Assembly (NCBI RefSeq): GCF_000009045.1
Contig: NC_000964.3
Location: forward strand, 960,001 to 992,000
Reading direction: 5' to 3'
Origin: Bacillus subtilis subsp. subtilis str. 168
Lineage (GTDB): Bacteria > Bacillota > Bacilli > Bacillales > Bacillaceae
Length of the DNA: 32,000 bases
Positions within the stretch are counted from its first letter, which is position 1; each line of letters opens with the position of its first letter. Position numbers and translations under genes: made by a program. The notes under the pieces were generated by a model that was not told the origin of the DNA, did not search any database, and saw nothing but the letters and a program-made list of their open reading frames with translations. This document shows, in pieces, positions 16,498-25,731 of this stretch.

Positions 16498-16526
16498 TTG
16501 ACAAATCTTCTTTCATTTATTAATAT
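16498..16526 (+). promoter_or_regulatory. Putative sigma-A promoter of yhbI (TTGACA-17-TAATAT)
   Basis: The -35 is perfect. The 8-bp palindrome TATTAATA overlaps the -10. Confidence 0.6.
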
Positions 16527-16568
16527 TTTATCTTGTGAACTATTATTGAGGAATGAGGTGAAAAGGAG

Positions 16569-17033
16569 TTGACTGAATCAGAACGTGCTTTGCTCACTTT
16601 TGAACAGCTCTTCGATACGTCTCGGGCGATATATAAAAAACAGAAGAAGATATTGGAGATTGTGCTTGAGCCTTTTGATATTACAGTCCTTCAATATTTG
16701 CTGATGTTTAAAATTCATCAAAGCGGAAGCACCCCGCTAAGCAAGCTGGCAATGTCGCTTGATCTTAAGCCTGCTTCTGTGACGCGGATGACAGATATTC
16801 TGTATAAGCGCCAATTGATGAATCGATATGACAGTCCGGATGACCGCCGTATCGTCATGATTCAGTTAACCGAAGAGGGGGAAGAACTGATAGAAAAAGC
16901 CGCTGTGCAATATGCAAAAATGGGTGCTGGCTTGTACCAAAAGCTTGATACCTCCCAGCTGCAGTATTTGCGCAAACTAGCCGGAAGTTTAACGAAGCTT
17001 GCTGAAGGCTGTTCAGAAAAAAGCGGTAATTAA
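16569..17033 (+). CDS. yhbI: MarR-family transcriptional regulator
   Basis: The TTG start follows GAGGTGA, giving 154 aa. The winged helix reads ...LSKLAMSLDLKPASVTRMTDILYKRQLMNRYDSPDDRRIVMIQLTEEG. Confidence 0.88.
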   Translation: MTESERALLTFEQLFDTSRAIYKKQKKILEIVLEPFDITVLQYLLMFKIHQSGSTPLSKLAMSLDLKPASVTRMTDILYKRQLMNRYDSPDDRRIVMIQLTEEGEELIEKAAVQYAKMGAGLYQKLDTSQLQYLRKLAGSLTKLAEGCSEKSGN

Positions 17034-17101
17034 AAACTTCTCACATATTTTCACCAGCTTTCCGCAAAATGATAGAGGATGAAACGAAAGGAGAAAACAA
17101 A

Positions 17102-17734
17102 ATGAACAGAGGACGTTTAATTCTGACCAACATTATCGGTTTGATTGTTGTTCTTGCAATTATAGCTGGAGGTGCTTACTACTATTATCAAAGCACAAAC
17201 TACGTAAAAACAGATGAAGCAAAAGTAGCGGGCGATATGGCTGCTATTACTGCTCCAGCAGCAGGTAAAGTATCTGACTGGGATCTGGACGAAGGAAAAA
17301 CAGTGAAAAAAGGCGACACAGTTGCAAAAATCAAAGGTGAACAAACTGTTGACGTAAAATCCATTATGGATGGCACAATTGTGAAAAACGAAGTGAAAAA
17401 CGGACAAACCGTACAAGCTGGTACAACAATTGCACAAACGATTGACATGGACAACCTATACATCACAGCAAATATTAAAGAAACAGATATTGCGGATATT
17501 GAAGTAGGAAATAGTGTAGACGTAGTAGTTGACGGAGACCCTGATACTACATTTGACGGTACTGTAGAAGAAATTGGTTATGCGACTAACTCAACTTTTG
17601 ATATGCTTCCTTCTACAAATTCAAGCGGAAACTACACAAAAGTAACACAAAAAGTTCCTGTGAAAATTTCAATCAAAAACCCATCTGATAAGGTGCTTCC
17701 TGGAATGAATGCATCTGTTAAAATTTCTGAGTAA
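17102..17734 (+). CDS. yhbJ: HlyD/EmrA-like membrane-fusion-type protein, short form
   Basis: ATG at 17102 follows GAAAGGAGAA. The ORF-track ATG at 17069 has no SD. An N-terminal TM is followed by lipoyl-like and beta-barrel segments with no long coiled-coil hairpin. Confidence 0.85.
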   Translation: MNRGRLILTNIIGLIVVLAIIAGGAYYYYQSTNYVKTDEAKVAGDMAAITAPAAGKVSDWDLDEGKTVKKGDTVAKIKGEQTVDVKSIMDGTIVKNEVKNGQTVQAGTTIAQTIDMDNLYITANIKETDIADIEVGNSVDVVVDGDPDTTFDGTVEEIGYATNSTFDMLPSTNSSGNYTKVTQKVPVKISIKNPSDKVLPGMNASVKISE

Positions 17735-17774
17735 AACAGATCAGTCATCAAACCATGAAAGGAGGTTGTCTTAG

Positions 17775-19373
17775 ATGGCTACAGGCAAAGAAAAAAATGC
17801 AAAAAACCCTATGTCATTGCTGATTGTGCTAATGGCGGGTTTATTTTTGGCAATTCTAAACCAAACACTGCTTAATGTTGCAATGCCGCACTTAATGACT
17901 GAATTTGGCGTAAGTGCAACGACGATTCAGTGGCTGACAACAGGTTACATGCTTGTTAACGGTGTATTGATTCCGTTATCTGCTTTCCTGATTACACGAT
18001 TTGGCCAGCGGAGTCTCTTTCTCGTCGCGATGTTTTGTTTTACGCTCGGTACGTTAGTCTGCGGTATCGCACCTAACTTCTCTACAATGCTGATCGGCCG
18101 TTTGATTCAGGCCGTGGGCGGAGGTATCTTGCAGCCGCTCGTTATGACAACCATTCTGTTAATTTTCCCGCCTGAAAGCAGGGGGAAAGGAATGGGGATT
18201 TTCGGGCTAGCGATGATGTTTGCTCCAGCGGTCGGCCCGACTCTTTCCGGGTGGATTATTGAGCATTATACATGGCGCATTATGTTTTACGGACTTGTGC
18301 CGATCGGCGCAATTGTTATCATTGTGGCTTTCTTCATCTTTAAAAATATGGTGGAGCCGCAAAAAATCAAACTCGATACTCTTGGCGCAATCCTCTCGAT
18401 TGTCGGATTCGCCTCCTTATTATACGGAGTCAGTGAAGCCGGATCTGACGGCTGGACCGACCCGATTGTATTGTCTACAGTTATTATCGGAGCCATTGCA
18501 ATTGTTGCTTTTGTTGTTCAGCAATTGCGTCATGATGATCCGATGCTTGATTTCAGAGTGTTTAAATATGACATTTTCTCACTCTCGAGTGTCATTAATA
18601 TCATTATTACAGTGGCACTTTACACTGGTATGTTCCTTTTACCGATTTATCTGCAAAACCTGGTCGGCTTTACGGCGCTTCAATCCGGTCTGCTTCTGCT
18701 TCCGGGTGCGATCGTTATGCTGATTATGTCACCGATCTCAGGTATTTTGTTCGATAAATTCGGACCGAGACCGCTTGCGATTATCGGGCTTCTCGTGACA
18801 GTGGTAACAACGTATCAATACACGCAATTGACAATTGATACACCATATACACACATCATGCTGATCTATTCAATTCGTGCATTTGGTATGTCTCTCTTAA
18901 TGATGCCAGTCATGACAGCCGGGATGAACCAGCTTCCTGCCCGTCTGAACAGCCACGGAACGGCGATGAGTAACACGCTTCGCCAAATCAGCGGATCAAT
19001 CGGAACAAGTTTAATTACGACGATTTATACAAACCGGACGACATTCCATTATTCACAAATTGCAGATAAAACAAGCACGGCGGACCCGAACTTCCTCCAT
19101 GCGTTCCAAAATGCAGTTTCGAATTTAATGGTGAATATGAATGTGTCTTATGATACGGCGAAAACATATGTGTACTCACATATTTATAAACACGCATCAC
19201 TCGATTCCAATGTCATGGGGATAAATGATGCCTTTATGTGGGCAACCTTATTCTGTGTAGCAGGTTTGATTTTAAGTATCTTCCTGCGTGACGTCAGAAA
19301 AGATAAATTGCGTAAGAAGAAAAAAGAGGAGCTTTCATTACTTCCTGCTCCAAAAGAAGCTAAGGAATCTTAA
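17775..19373 (+). CDS. yhcA: 14-TM MFS drug:H+ antiporter (DHA2, EmrB/QacA type)
   Basis: The product is 532 aa, with AAAGGAGG upstream. It has MFS motifs (GRLIQAVGGG) and about 14 hydrophobic segments. Confidence 0.9.
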   Translation: MATGKEKNAKNPMSLLIVLMAGLFLAILNQTLLNVAMPHLMTEFGVSATTIQWLTTGYMLVNGVLIPLSAFLITRFGQRSLFLVAMFCFTLGTLVCGIAPNFSTMLIGRLIQAVGGGILQPLVMTTILLIFPPESRGKGMGIFGLAMMFAPAVGPTLSGWIIEHYTWRIMFYGLVPIGAIVIIVAFFIFKNMVEPQKIKLDTLGAILSIVGFASLLYGVSEAGSDGWTDPIVLSTVIIGAIAIVAFVVQQLRHDDPMLDFRVFKYDIFSLSSVINIIITVALYTGMFLLPIYLQNLVGFTALQSGLLLLPGAIVMLIMSPISGILFDKFGPRPLAIIGLLVTVVTTYQYTQLTIDTPYTHIMLIYSIRAFGMSLLMMPVMTAGMNQLPARLNSHGTAMSNTLRQISGSIGTSLITTIYTNRTTFHYSQIADKTSTADPNFLHAFQNAVSNLMVNMNVSYDTAKTYVYSHIYKHASLDSNVMGINDAFMWATLFCVAGLILSIFLRDVRKDKLRKKKKEELSLLPAPKEAKES

Positions 19374-19395
19374 TCTGTACAGGGAGGTTTCCTGA

Positions 19396-19926
19396 ATGAA
19401 AATTTATGTAGTGTATGATAGTGAAGGCGAACATACTAAAGTGCTTGCAGAAGCGATTGCTGAAGGCGCGAGAGAAAACGACGCGGCTGAAGTGTTCATC
19501 GACCATGTAGATCAGGCTGATATCCGCAAGCTTAAAGATATGGATGCGATTATTTGGGGATGCCCAGGGCATTTCGGAACAATCAGCTCCGGTCTTAAAA
19601 CTTGGATCGACAGACTTGGCTACTTGTGGGCTGAAGGCGAGCTGATCAACAAAGTCGGTGCTGTCTTCTGCACAACGGCAACAACACACGGCGGCTTGGA
19701 AATGACAATGCACAATTTAATCACGCCGATGTTCCACCAAGGCATGATTGTTGTCGGACTGCCTGGCAACGTGCCTGAAAACGCACTTTATGGCTCTTAT
19801 TACGGAGCAGGTGTCACTTGTCCGGTAGACAGTGATGAGTTAATGTCTGAGGAAGGTATTCAGCTTGGACGCGCGTTGGGAAGACGTGTCAGCCAAGTCA
19901 CAGGAAACCTAACAGCAGGACAGTAA
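19396..19926 (+). CDS. yhcB: Flavodoxin-like fold NAD(P)H:quinone oxidoreductase (WrbA-like)
   Basis: The product is 176 aa. It begins [25 protein letters not shown] and contains ...[15 protein letters not shown].... Confidence 0.8.
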
Positions 19927-19938
19927 GGAGAGGTTGAA

Positions 19939-20313
19939 ATGGCCATTATTATAGCAATAATTGCTGCTGTCATTGTCATTGCGGCCCTTATTACATTTAA
20001 CGTCCGCAACGCCTCACCTGGACCTGAGAAGCAAGAAGCAACCGATAGAATCGCACCTCCAGAAGAGGAAAAAAACGAAGCGCATTACCCTGCTGAAGCA
20101 AGGGCTGCCGAGCATACGCCATCCGTTGTCAAAAACGATTCTCCAAAAGAGAAGCGTGACACAATGGGTGATGATATTTACAGGCAGGCGCTGCAAAAGT
20201 TTAAGCATTCTGATGAAGTTCATGCAGAAGAAGAGGTCACTGAGGAAAGTGACAAAATGCAGGACCGCAGCTATCGTGATGCGCTGCTCTCTATGAAAAA
20301 TAAGAAAAAGTAA
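19939..20313 (+). CDS. yhcC: Single-pass membrane protein with a charged, probably disordered tail
   Basis: The product is 124 aa, with AAGGAGAGG upstream. The N-terminal TM is MAIIIAIIAAVIVIAALITF, followed by an E/K-rich sequence. Confidence 0.75.
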   Translation: MAIIIAIIAAVIVIAALITFNVRNASPGPEKQEATDRIAPPEEEKNEAHYPAEARAAEHTPSVVKNDSPKEKRDTMGDDIYRQALQKFKHSDEVHAEEEVTEESDKMQDRSYRDALLSMKNKKK

Positions 20314-20315
20314 TG

Positions 20316-20356
20316 AAAAAGGCAAATCCGTTTACTCATGCGGGTTTGCCTTTTTT
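20316..20356 (+). terminator. Terminator ending the yhbI-yhcC transcription unit
   Basis: GGCAAATCCG (20321-20330) pairs with CGGGTTTGCC (20341-20350). It is flanked by an A-run and a T-run. Confidence 0.85.
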
Positions 20357-20403
20357 GCTGTTTCCATCAATTATGTTTTTATCAAATAAATCCATGGAAT
20401 ATG

Positions 20404-20446
20404 TTGTATTCCACCTTGATCTAGTGTACTATGTTACTCATACACC
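20404..20446 (+). promoter_or_regulatory. Putative yhcE promoter (TTGTAT-17-TACTAT) with inverted repeat AGTGTA-N12-TACAC
   Basis: The -35 is at 20404-20409 and the -10 at 20427-20432. The IR arms lie at 20423-20428 and 20441-20445, covering the -10 and the likely start site. Confidence 0.5.
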
Positions 20447-20472
20447 GAGGATTTTTTCCGGGAGGTAAAGAC

Positions 20473-21234
20473 ATGAATTCTTTTTTAGGTTTATTAAAGA
20501 AAGATATCAAGCTTTCAAGAATGTGGCTGCTAGTATGGATATGCGGAATCATTTTCTTATTGGGAACAGGCCATATTATAGCTTCTCGCACGAAAGAACC
20601 TCTAGTCATTTTTGGTTTTTTTGTTGCAGTTGCTTTTTTTCTGCTTTTCTTATCTCCTGTTTTTGTTTTTTATCACCTTCGCAAGGAAGGGAAATCACAG
20701 CTTTGGCTGTACAATCCAAATGGCGGCTTATGGCTGTTTTCTTCTAAATTGGCAGCATCTTTGCTCTATCAATTTGTGATTCAGTTGGCATTAACAGCCT
20801 ATGGCATATGGATGTATCATATGCTCTCTGTAAAAAATCTGCTGGAGCATCAAGTTGATATAACGAGTACAGTGGCTTTGCTGAATATGTATGGGCTTAT
20901 TTCTTCGTTAGATATGTCAGTAACAGTCATTGTGTTTTGGACTGTTTTTCACTCTCTCAGAAATTGGCGCGGAATGCGGTGGGCTGCGATGGTTCTGTTG
21001 GTCGCAATGTGGTTATTCTTCGATGAATACATCATAAGCCCTTTGGTTGAATCTCAAAAGCATTTCTGGCCTGTAACAGTCTATTGCAATTTTGATTTCC
21101 ACTTCCACAATGTTTGGAGATTGGAACTAAAACCTATCCATCTGTCTGTGCTAGGGTTTCCTATTGCTATAGTCATCACATTCTTGCTGCTCATCATGGC
21201 TTCAAAACTGCTTGATCGTAAAGTAGAGGTGTAA
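20473..21234 (+). CDS. yhcE: Six-TM membrane protein
   Basis: ATG at 20473 follows GGGAGGTAAAG, giving 253 aa. The ORF-track start at 20431 is an extension. Six hydrophobic segments are present. Confidence 0.85.
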   Translation: MNSFLGLLKKDIKLSRMWLLVWICGIIFLLGTGHIIASRTKEPLVIFGFFVAVAFFLLFLSPVFVFYHLRKEGKSQLWLYNPNGGLWLFSSKLAASLLYQFVIQLALTAYGIWMYHMLSVKNLLEHQVDITSTVALLNMYGLISSLDMSVTVIVFWTVFHSLRNWRGMRWAAMVLLVAMWLFFDEYIISPLVESQKHFWPVTVYCNFDFHFHNVWRLELKPIHLSVLGFPIAIVITFLLLIMASKLLDRKVEV

Positions 21235-21236
21235 AT

Positions 21237-21602
21237 ATGGACAATCAATTCCAATCCTCGAAACCGATTTATCTGCAGATCGCTGATCAGATCTTTTATA
21301 GGCTGGTCAGGAAGGAGCTGCTCCCAGGAGACAAGCTTCCTTCAGTAAGAGAAATGGCGATTCAAACTAAAGTAAATCCCAATACAATTCAAAGAACTTA
21401 CAGTGAGATGGAAAGGCTGGGTATTGTGGAGACAAGAAGAGGTCAAGGGACGTTTATTGCGGAAAAAGCAGAAATCGTAGACGAGCTGAAAGACAAGCTG
21501 ACACGAGAGGTGCTGGAAGGCTTTGTCAAGCAAATGAAAGAGCTGGGGCTAACGAAAGAAGAAATGTTAGAAGGGATTAAAACATTCACAGAGGGAGGCT
21601 AA
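21237..21602 (+). CDS. yhcF: GntR-family regulator, short YtrA-like subfamily
   Basis: The product is 121 aa. The wHTH reads [10 protein letters not shown]...[44 protein letters not shown], followed by only a short helical tail. Confidence 0.9.
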
Positions 21603-21603
21603 A

Positions 21604-22302
21604 ATGGAAATCAAGCTAGAACATGTATCAAAAAAATACGGCCGCCATACGGCCGTCAATGATGTGTCAATCACCCTATCATCCGGACGGATTTATGGCC
21701 TGATTGGACCGAACGGCAGCGGCAAGTCAACGACCCTGAAAATGATGGCTGGCCTTCTGTTTCCGACTTCAGGATTTGTAAAAGTTGATGAAGAGCAGGT
21801 TACGAGAGAAATGGTGCGTCAAACGGCTTATCTTACTGAGCTTGATATGTTTTATCCGCATTTCACTGTTAAAGATATGGTGAATTTTTATCAGTCGCAG
21901 TTTCCTGATTTTCATACAGAACAGGTTTATAAGCTATTGAATGAGATGCAGCTGAATCCGGAAAAAAAGATCAAAAAGCTATCAAAAGGAAATCGGGGCA
22001 GGCTGAAAATCGTTCTTGCTTTAGCGAGACGGGCAGACGTCATCTTGCTTGATGAACCTTTTTCCGGGCTTGATCCGATGGTCAGGGATTCCATCGTAAA
22101 CAGCCTTGTGTCGTACATTGATTTTGAGCAGCAGATTGTCGTGATCGCGACACATGAAATTGATGAAATTGAGACTTTGTTAGATGAAGTAATCATCCTC
22201 GCCAATGGAGAAAAAGTTGCGCAGCGTGAAGTAGAAGATATTCGTGAACAGGAAGGCATGTCTGTTTTGCAATGGTTTAAATCAAAAATGGAAGTTTGCT
22301 AG
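21604..22302 (+). CDS. yhcG: ABC transporter ATP-binding protein with a degenerate signature motif
   Basis: Motifs are Walker [10 protein letters not shown], signature LSKGNRGRL, Walker [12 protein letters not shown], and the H-loop ATHEI. Confidence 0.9.
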
Positions 22303-22315
22303 AAAGAGGAGGAAT

Positions 22316-23236
22316 ATGATGAAAACAGTGTTGGAATTGAAAAACGTGACTAAAAACATCAGAGGCCGAACGATCATTGATGATCTCAGTTTTACGATTC
22401 GTGAAGGCGAGGTATTCGGTTTTTTAGGACCAAACGGAGCGGGGAAAACGACAACCATCCGGATGATGGTGGGGTTAATGAAGCTGTCGAAAGGTGATGT
22501 CCTCATTTGCGGCCAATCAATTACGAAAGAATATGCCAAGGCGATTAAGCATATCGGAGCGATCGTTGAGAATCCCGAGCTGTATAAATTTTTGAGCGGA
22601 TATAAAAATCTCCAGCAATTCGCAAGGATGGTCAAGGGTGTCACGAAGGAAAAAATTGATGAAGTTGTTGAACTGGTCGGTTTAACAGACAGAATCCACG
22701 ACAAGGTGAAAACATATTCTCTGGGGATGAGACAGCGTCTTGGCTTGGCACAATGCCTTCTGCACGATCCGAAAGTGCTGATTTTGGATGAACCGACAAA
22801 CGGCCTTGATCCGGCGGGGATCAGAGAAATCAGAGATCATTTAAAGAAGCTGACCCGAGAAAGAGGAATGGCTGTCATCGTTTCAAGCCACCTGCTGTCA
22901 GAAATGGAACTGATGTGTGATCGAATTGCGATTCTGCAAAAAGGAAAGCTGATCGATATTCAAAATGTAAAAGATGAAAACATTGATGAGAATGATACAT
23001 ATTTCTTCCAGGTTGAGCAGCCGAGTGAAGCCGCTACTGTTTTAAATCAGTACGATTTGCTGAGTAAGACAAATGGTGTAGAAATCAAACTGGCTAAAGA
23101 GGAAGTCCCTGCGGTTATTGAATTGCTGGTGATGCAGCAAATCCGTATTTATGAGGTCAAGGTCATAACAAAATCATTAGAGGACCGTTTCTTAGAAATG
23201 ACAGGTGAAACAAAAGAGGAGGTTCAGCATGCTTAA
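22316..23236 (+). CDS. yhcH: ABC-2-type transporter ATP-binding protein
   Basis: An ATGATG follows AGAGGAGG, so the start is 22316 or 22319. The ORF-track start at 22244 overlaps yhcG. Motifs are GPNGAGKTT, YSLGMRQRL, LILDEPTNGLD and SSHLL. Confidence 0.9.
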   Translation: MMKTVLELKNVTKNIRGRTIIDDLSFTIREGEVFGFLGPNGAGKTTTIRMMVGLMKLSKGDVLICGQSITKEYAKAIKHIGAIVENPELYKFLSGYKNLQQFARMVKGVTKEKIDEVVELVGLTDRIHDKVKTYSLGMRQRLGLAQCLLHDPKVLILDEPTNGLDPAGIREIRDHLKKLTRERGMAVIVSSHLLSEMELMCDRIAILQKGKLIDIQNVKDENIDENDTYFFQVEQPSEAATVLNQYDLLSKTNGVEIKLAKEEVPAVIELLVMQQIRIYEVKVITKSLEDRFLEMTGETKEEVQHA

Positions 23237-24170
23237 TTTGATTTATAATGAGTGGCTCAAAATTTTCAGCCGTGCCGGAACATGGGTGATGATCGGAATT
23301 CTGGGGCTGACAATGGTTGGATTTGCATTTTTGGCGAATCATTTTTCTGCCGGTGAATCAAATTCCCATTGGAAACAAGAGCTTCAAGCACAAAACGCCG
23401 AATTAAAGAAAGAAATCAAAGAAGATCCTTCACTGAAAGATGGGTATAAAGAAACAATCACACTCAATGACTATCGCATCGAGCATAATATCCCTAGTGA
23501 CACGGGCTATACGGTATGGTCTTATGTAACGGATTCAGCAAACTTTACCATCCTTACCGGTCTGTTTACTATTATCATCGCGGCCGGAATTGTCGCGAAC
23601 GAATTTAATTGGGGAACGATTAAGCTATTAATGATTCGGCCGCTCAGTCGTTTTCAAATTTTGATGTCCAAATATATTACAGTTCTCCTGTTTGGGCTCC
23701 TGTTGCTGTTGATTTTATTTATCGGTTCTACTTTATTAGGGTTGATCTTCTTCGGAACGGGTGGTGAAACCGCCGCGAATATTCATTTAATCTATAAGGA
23801 TGGCCATGTCATTGAGCAAAACATGATGGGGCATTTGGCTACAACGTATCTTTCTGAATCCGTCTCGGCTTTAATGGTGGCGACGATGGCGTTTATGCTG
23901 TCTGCGGTATTCAGAAACAGCTCTCTTGCGGTTGGTTTTTCCATCTTCTTGTTGGTTGCCGGTACGACTGCAACTGCATTTATTGCAGCGAAATTTGACT
24001 GGGCAAAGTATATATTGTTTGCTAATGTCGACTTGACTCAGTATGTGGATGGCACACCGTTAATAAAAGGGATGACTATGACGTTTTCTCTCGTCATGCT
24101 GGCGATCTACTTTATCATCTTCCTGTTGCTTGCTTTCGGAATCTTCATGAAGCGGGATATTGCAAACTAA
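23229..24170 (+). CDS. yhcI: ABC-2 family permease
   Basis: ATG at 23229 follows AGAGGAGG and overlaps the yhcH stop (ATGCTTAA), giving 313 aa. TM1 is followed by an extracytoplasmic loop of about 60 aa and then 5 further TMs. Confidence 0.9.
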   Translation: MLNLIYNEWLKIFSRAGTWVMIGILGLTMVGFAFLANHFSAGESNSHWKQELQAQNAELKKEIKEDPSLKDGYKETITLNDYRIEHNIPSDTGYTVWSYVTDSANFTILTGLFTIIIAAGIVANEFNWGTIKLLMIRPLSRFQILMSKYITVLLFGLLLLLILFIGSTLLGLIFFGTGGETAANIHLIYKDGHVIEQNMMGHLATTYLSESVSALMVATMAFMLSAVFRNSSLAVGFSIFLLVAGTTATAFIAAKFDWAKYILFANVDLTQYVDGTPLIKGMTMTFSLVMLAIYFIIFLLLAFGIFMKRDIAN

Positions 24171-24171
24171 T

Positions 24172-24209
24172 AAAAAAAGCTGTTTTGCTTATGCAAAACA
24201 GCTTTTTTG
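24172..24209 (+). terminator. yhcI terminator
   Basis: AGCTGTTTTGC and GCAAAACAGCT flank the loop TTAT. TTTTT follows. Confidence 0.88.
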
Positions 24210-24221
24210 TCAAAATAAAAA

Positions 24222-24256
24222 CTGCAGGTTTGCACCTGCAGTTTTTCATATCAATT
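24222..24256 (-). terminator. cspB terminator
   Basis: CTGCAGGT and ACCTGCAG flank a 4-nt loop. On the minus strand TTTTTATTTT follows. Confidence 0.88.
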
Positions 24257-24261
24257 TATGC

Positions 24262-24619
<358 letters not shown>

Positions 24620-24760
24620 CTGCTTATTGAAATTTTTTTCGGAAAATACCATATTTATTTTTCAATTTGATATTTATTTACGGAAATTCATCTGTTTTCT
24701 CGATATGTGATCATACGTTTGCCTTAGTATTCCTTCATTTTGGGAAGATAAGTAATAGGA

Positions 24761-24790
24761 ATTGACAACCTTATTGGATATGAGTAAGGT
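24761..24790 (+). promoter_or_regulatory. Putative yhcJ promoter (TTGACA-18-TAAGGT)
   Basis: A perfect -35 lies at 24761-24766 and a weak -10 at 24785-24790. This leaves a leader of about 105 nt. Confidence 0.4.
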
Positions 24791-24900
24791 AAAAGTTAAT
24801 CAATATTACAAATGACAACGTTTATCAACTAAGAGAGCGTATGATTTTTATGTCTGATATTGCTTGCATGCTCTAATACATAGATAGGAGTATGGTCACA

Positions 24901-25731
24901 ATGAAAAAGTGGCTTATATGCAGTTTCGTCCTTGTTCTTCTCGTTTCATTTACTGCATGTTCACCGTCTGCAGAACATGAATCGATAAAAATCGGGATTG
25001 CTGAGTCTGACGGGGCAATATGGAACTATATTGCTCAAAAGGCTGAAGAGGCAGGGCTGGATATTCAGCTGATCCCTTTTTCTGATTATGCGGAGTCTGA
25101 TATCGCACTTGCTAACAAAGAAATTGATGCCAACGCCTTTCAAACCATTTCATATTTTCAGTCGTTCACTGAAAAATACAAACTTAATTTGGCACCGCTC
25201 GGGACGACATACATAACGCCCATGGGCATTTATTCAAAACGATATGAACGAATCCGAGATATATCGCGGGGAGCTGTCGTTTCTGTTCCGGATAAAGCGT
25301 TCGATTTTGGCAGGGCGCTTACGGTGCTCCAGGAAGCGGGTTTGCTAACGCTGAAAAACGGATTTAACGGAACAGGTTCAGTTGATATGATTAAAGATAA
25401 TCCGAGACACCTGAAATTAAAAGCTGTCCGGCAACAGGATGCAGTGAGCGGTGCCGACGTGTTTGTCATGAAACCATCAGAAGCAAAAAAAGCGGGCTTG
25501 AACCCGAAAAAGCATACGCTAAAGAGCGGCGGACTCATGTCTGAGGAAGAGATGAATTTGATTGTTGTCAGAGCGGAGGATCAAGATCGGGAAGCGCTGC
25601 AAACCATTCTTGAGCTTTATCAAGCTGATGATACAGCGGCATTTATAGAAAAAGAATATCAGGGAGATCTTGTCCCGGCTTTTCTGCCTTTGAAACGTCT
25701 TTCAGATTGGAAGAATGAATTCGAACATTGA
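24901..25731 (+). CDS. yhcJ: NlpA/MetQ-family substrate-binding lipoprotein with no adjacent ABC partners
   Basis: ATG at 24901 lies 10 nt after TAGGAG. The lipobox is FTAC. MetQ-like segments include IKIGIAESDGAIWN... and ...DANAFQTISYFQSF.... Confidence 0.88.
   Translation: MKKWLICSFVLVLLVSFTACSPSAEHESIKIGIAESDGAIWNYIAQKAEEAGLDIQLIPFSDYAESDIALANKEIDANAFQTISYFQSFTEKYKLNLAPLGTTYITPMGIYSKRYERIRDISRGAVVSVPDKAFDFGRALTVLQEAGLLTLKNGFNGTGSVDMIKDNPRHLKLKAVRQQDAVSGADVFVMKPSEAKKAGLNPKKHTLKSGGLMSEEEMNLIVVRAEDQDREALQTILELYQADDTAAFIEKEYQGDLVPAFLPLKRLSDWKNEFEH

Noticed and set aside
18220-18723. 167-aa alternative-frame ORF inside yhcA (and similar nested ORFs at 2299-2562, 2685-3038, 3273-3554, 4542-4790, 8325-8708, 21927-22259, 22282-22704, 25230-25538, 28029-28313)
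   Set aside because: All are embedded in or antisense to genes with clear family signatures. They lack ribosome-binding sites and have low-complexity or Ser/Cys/Arg-rich translations.
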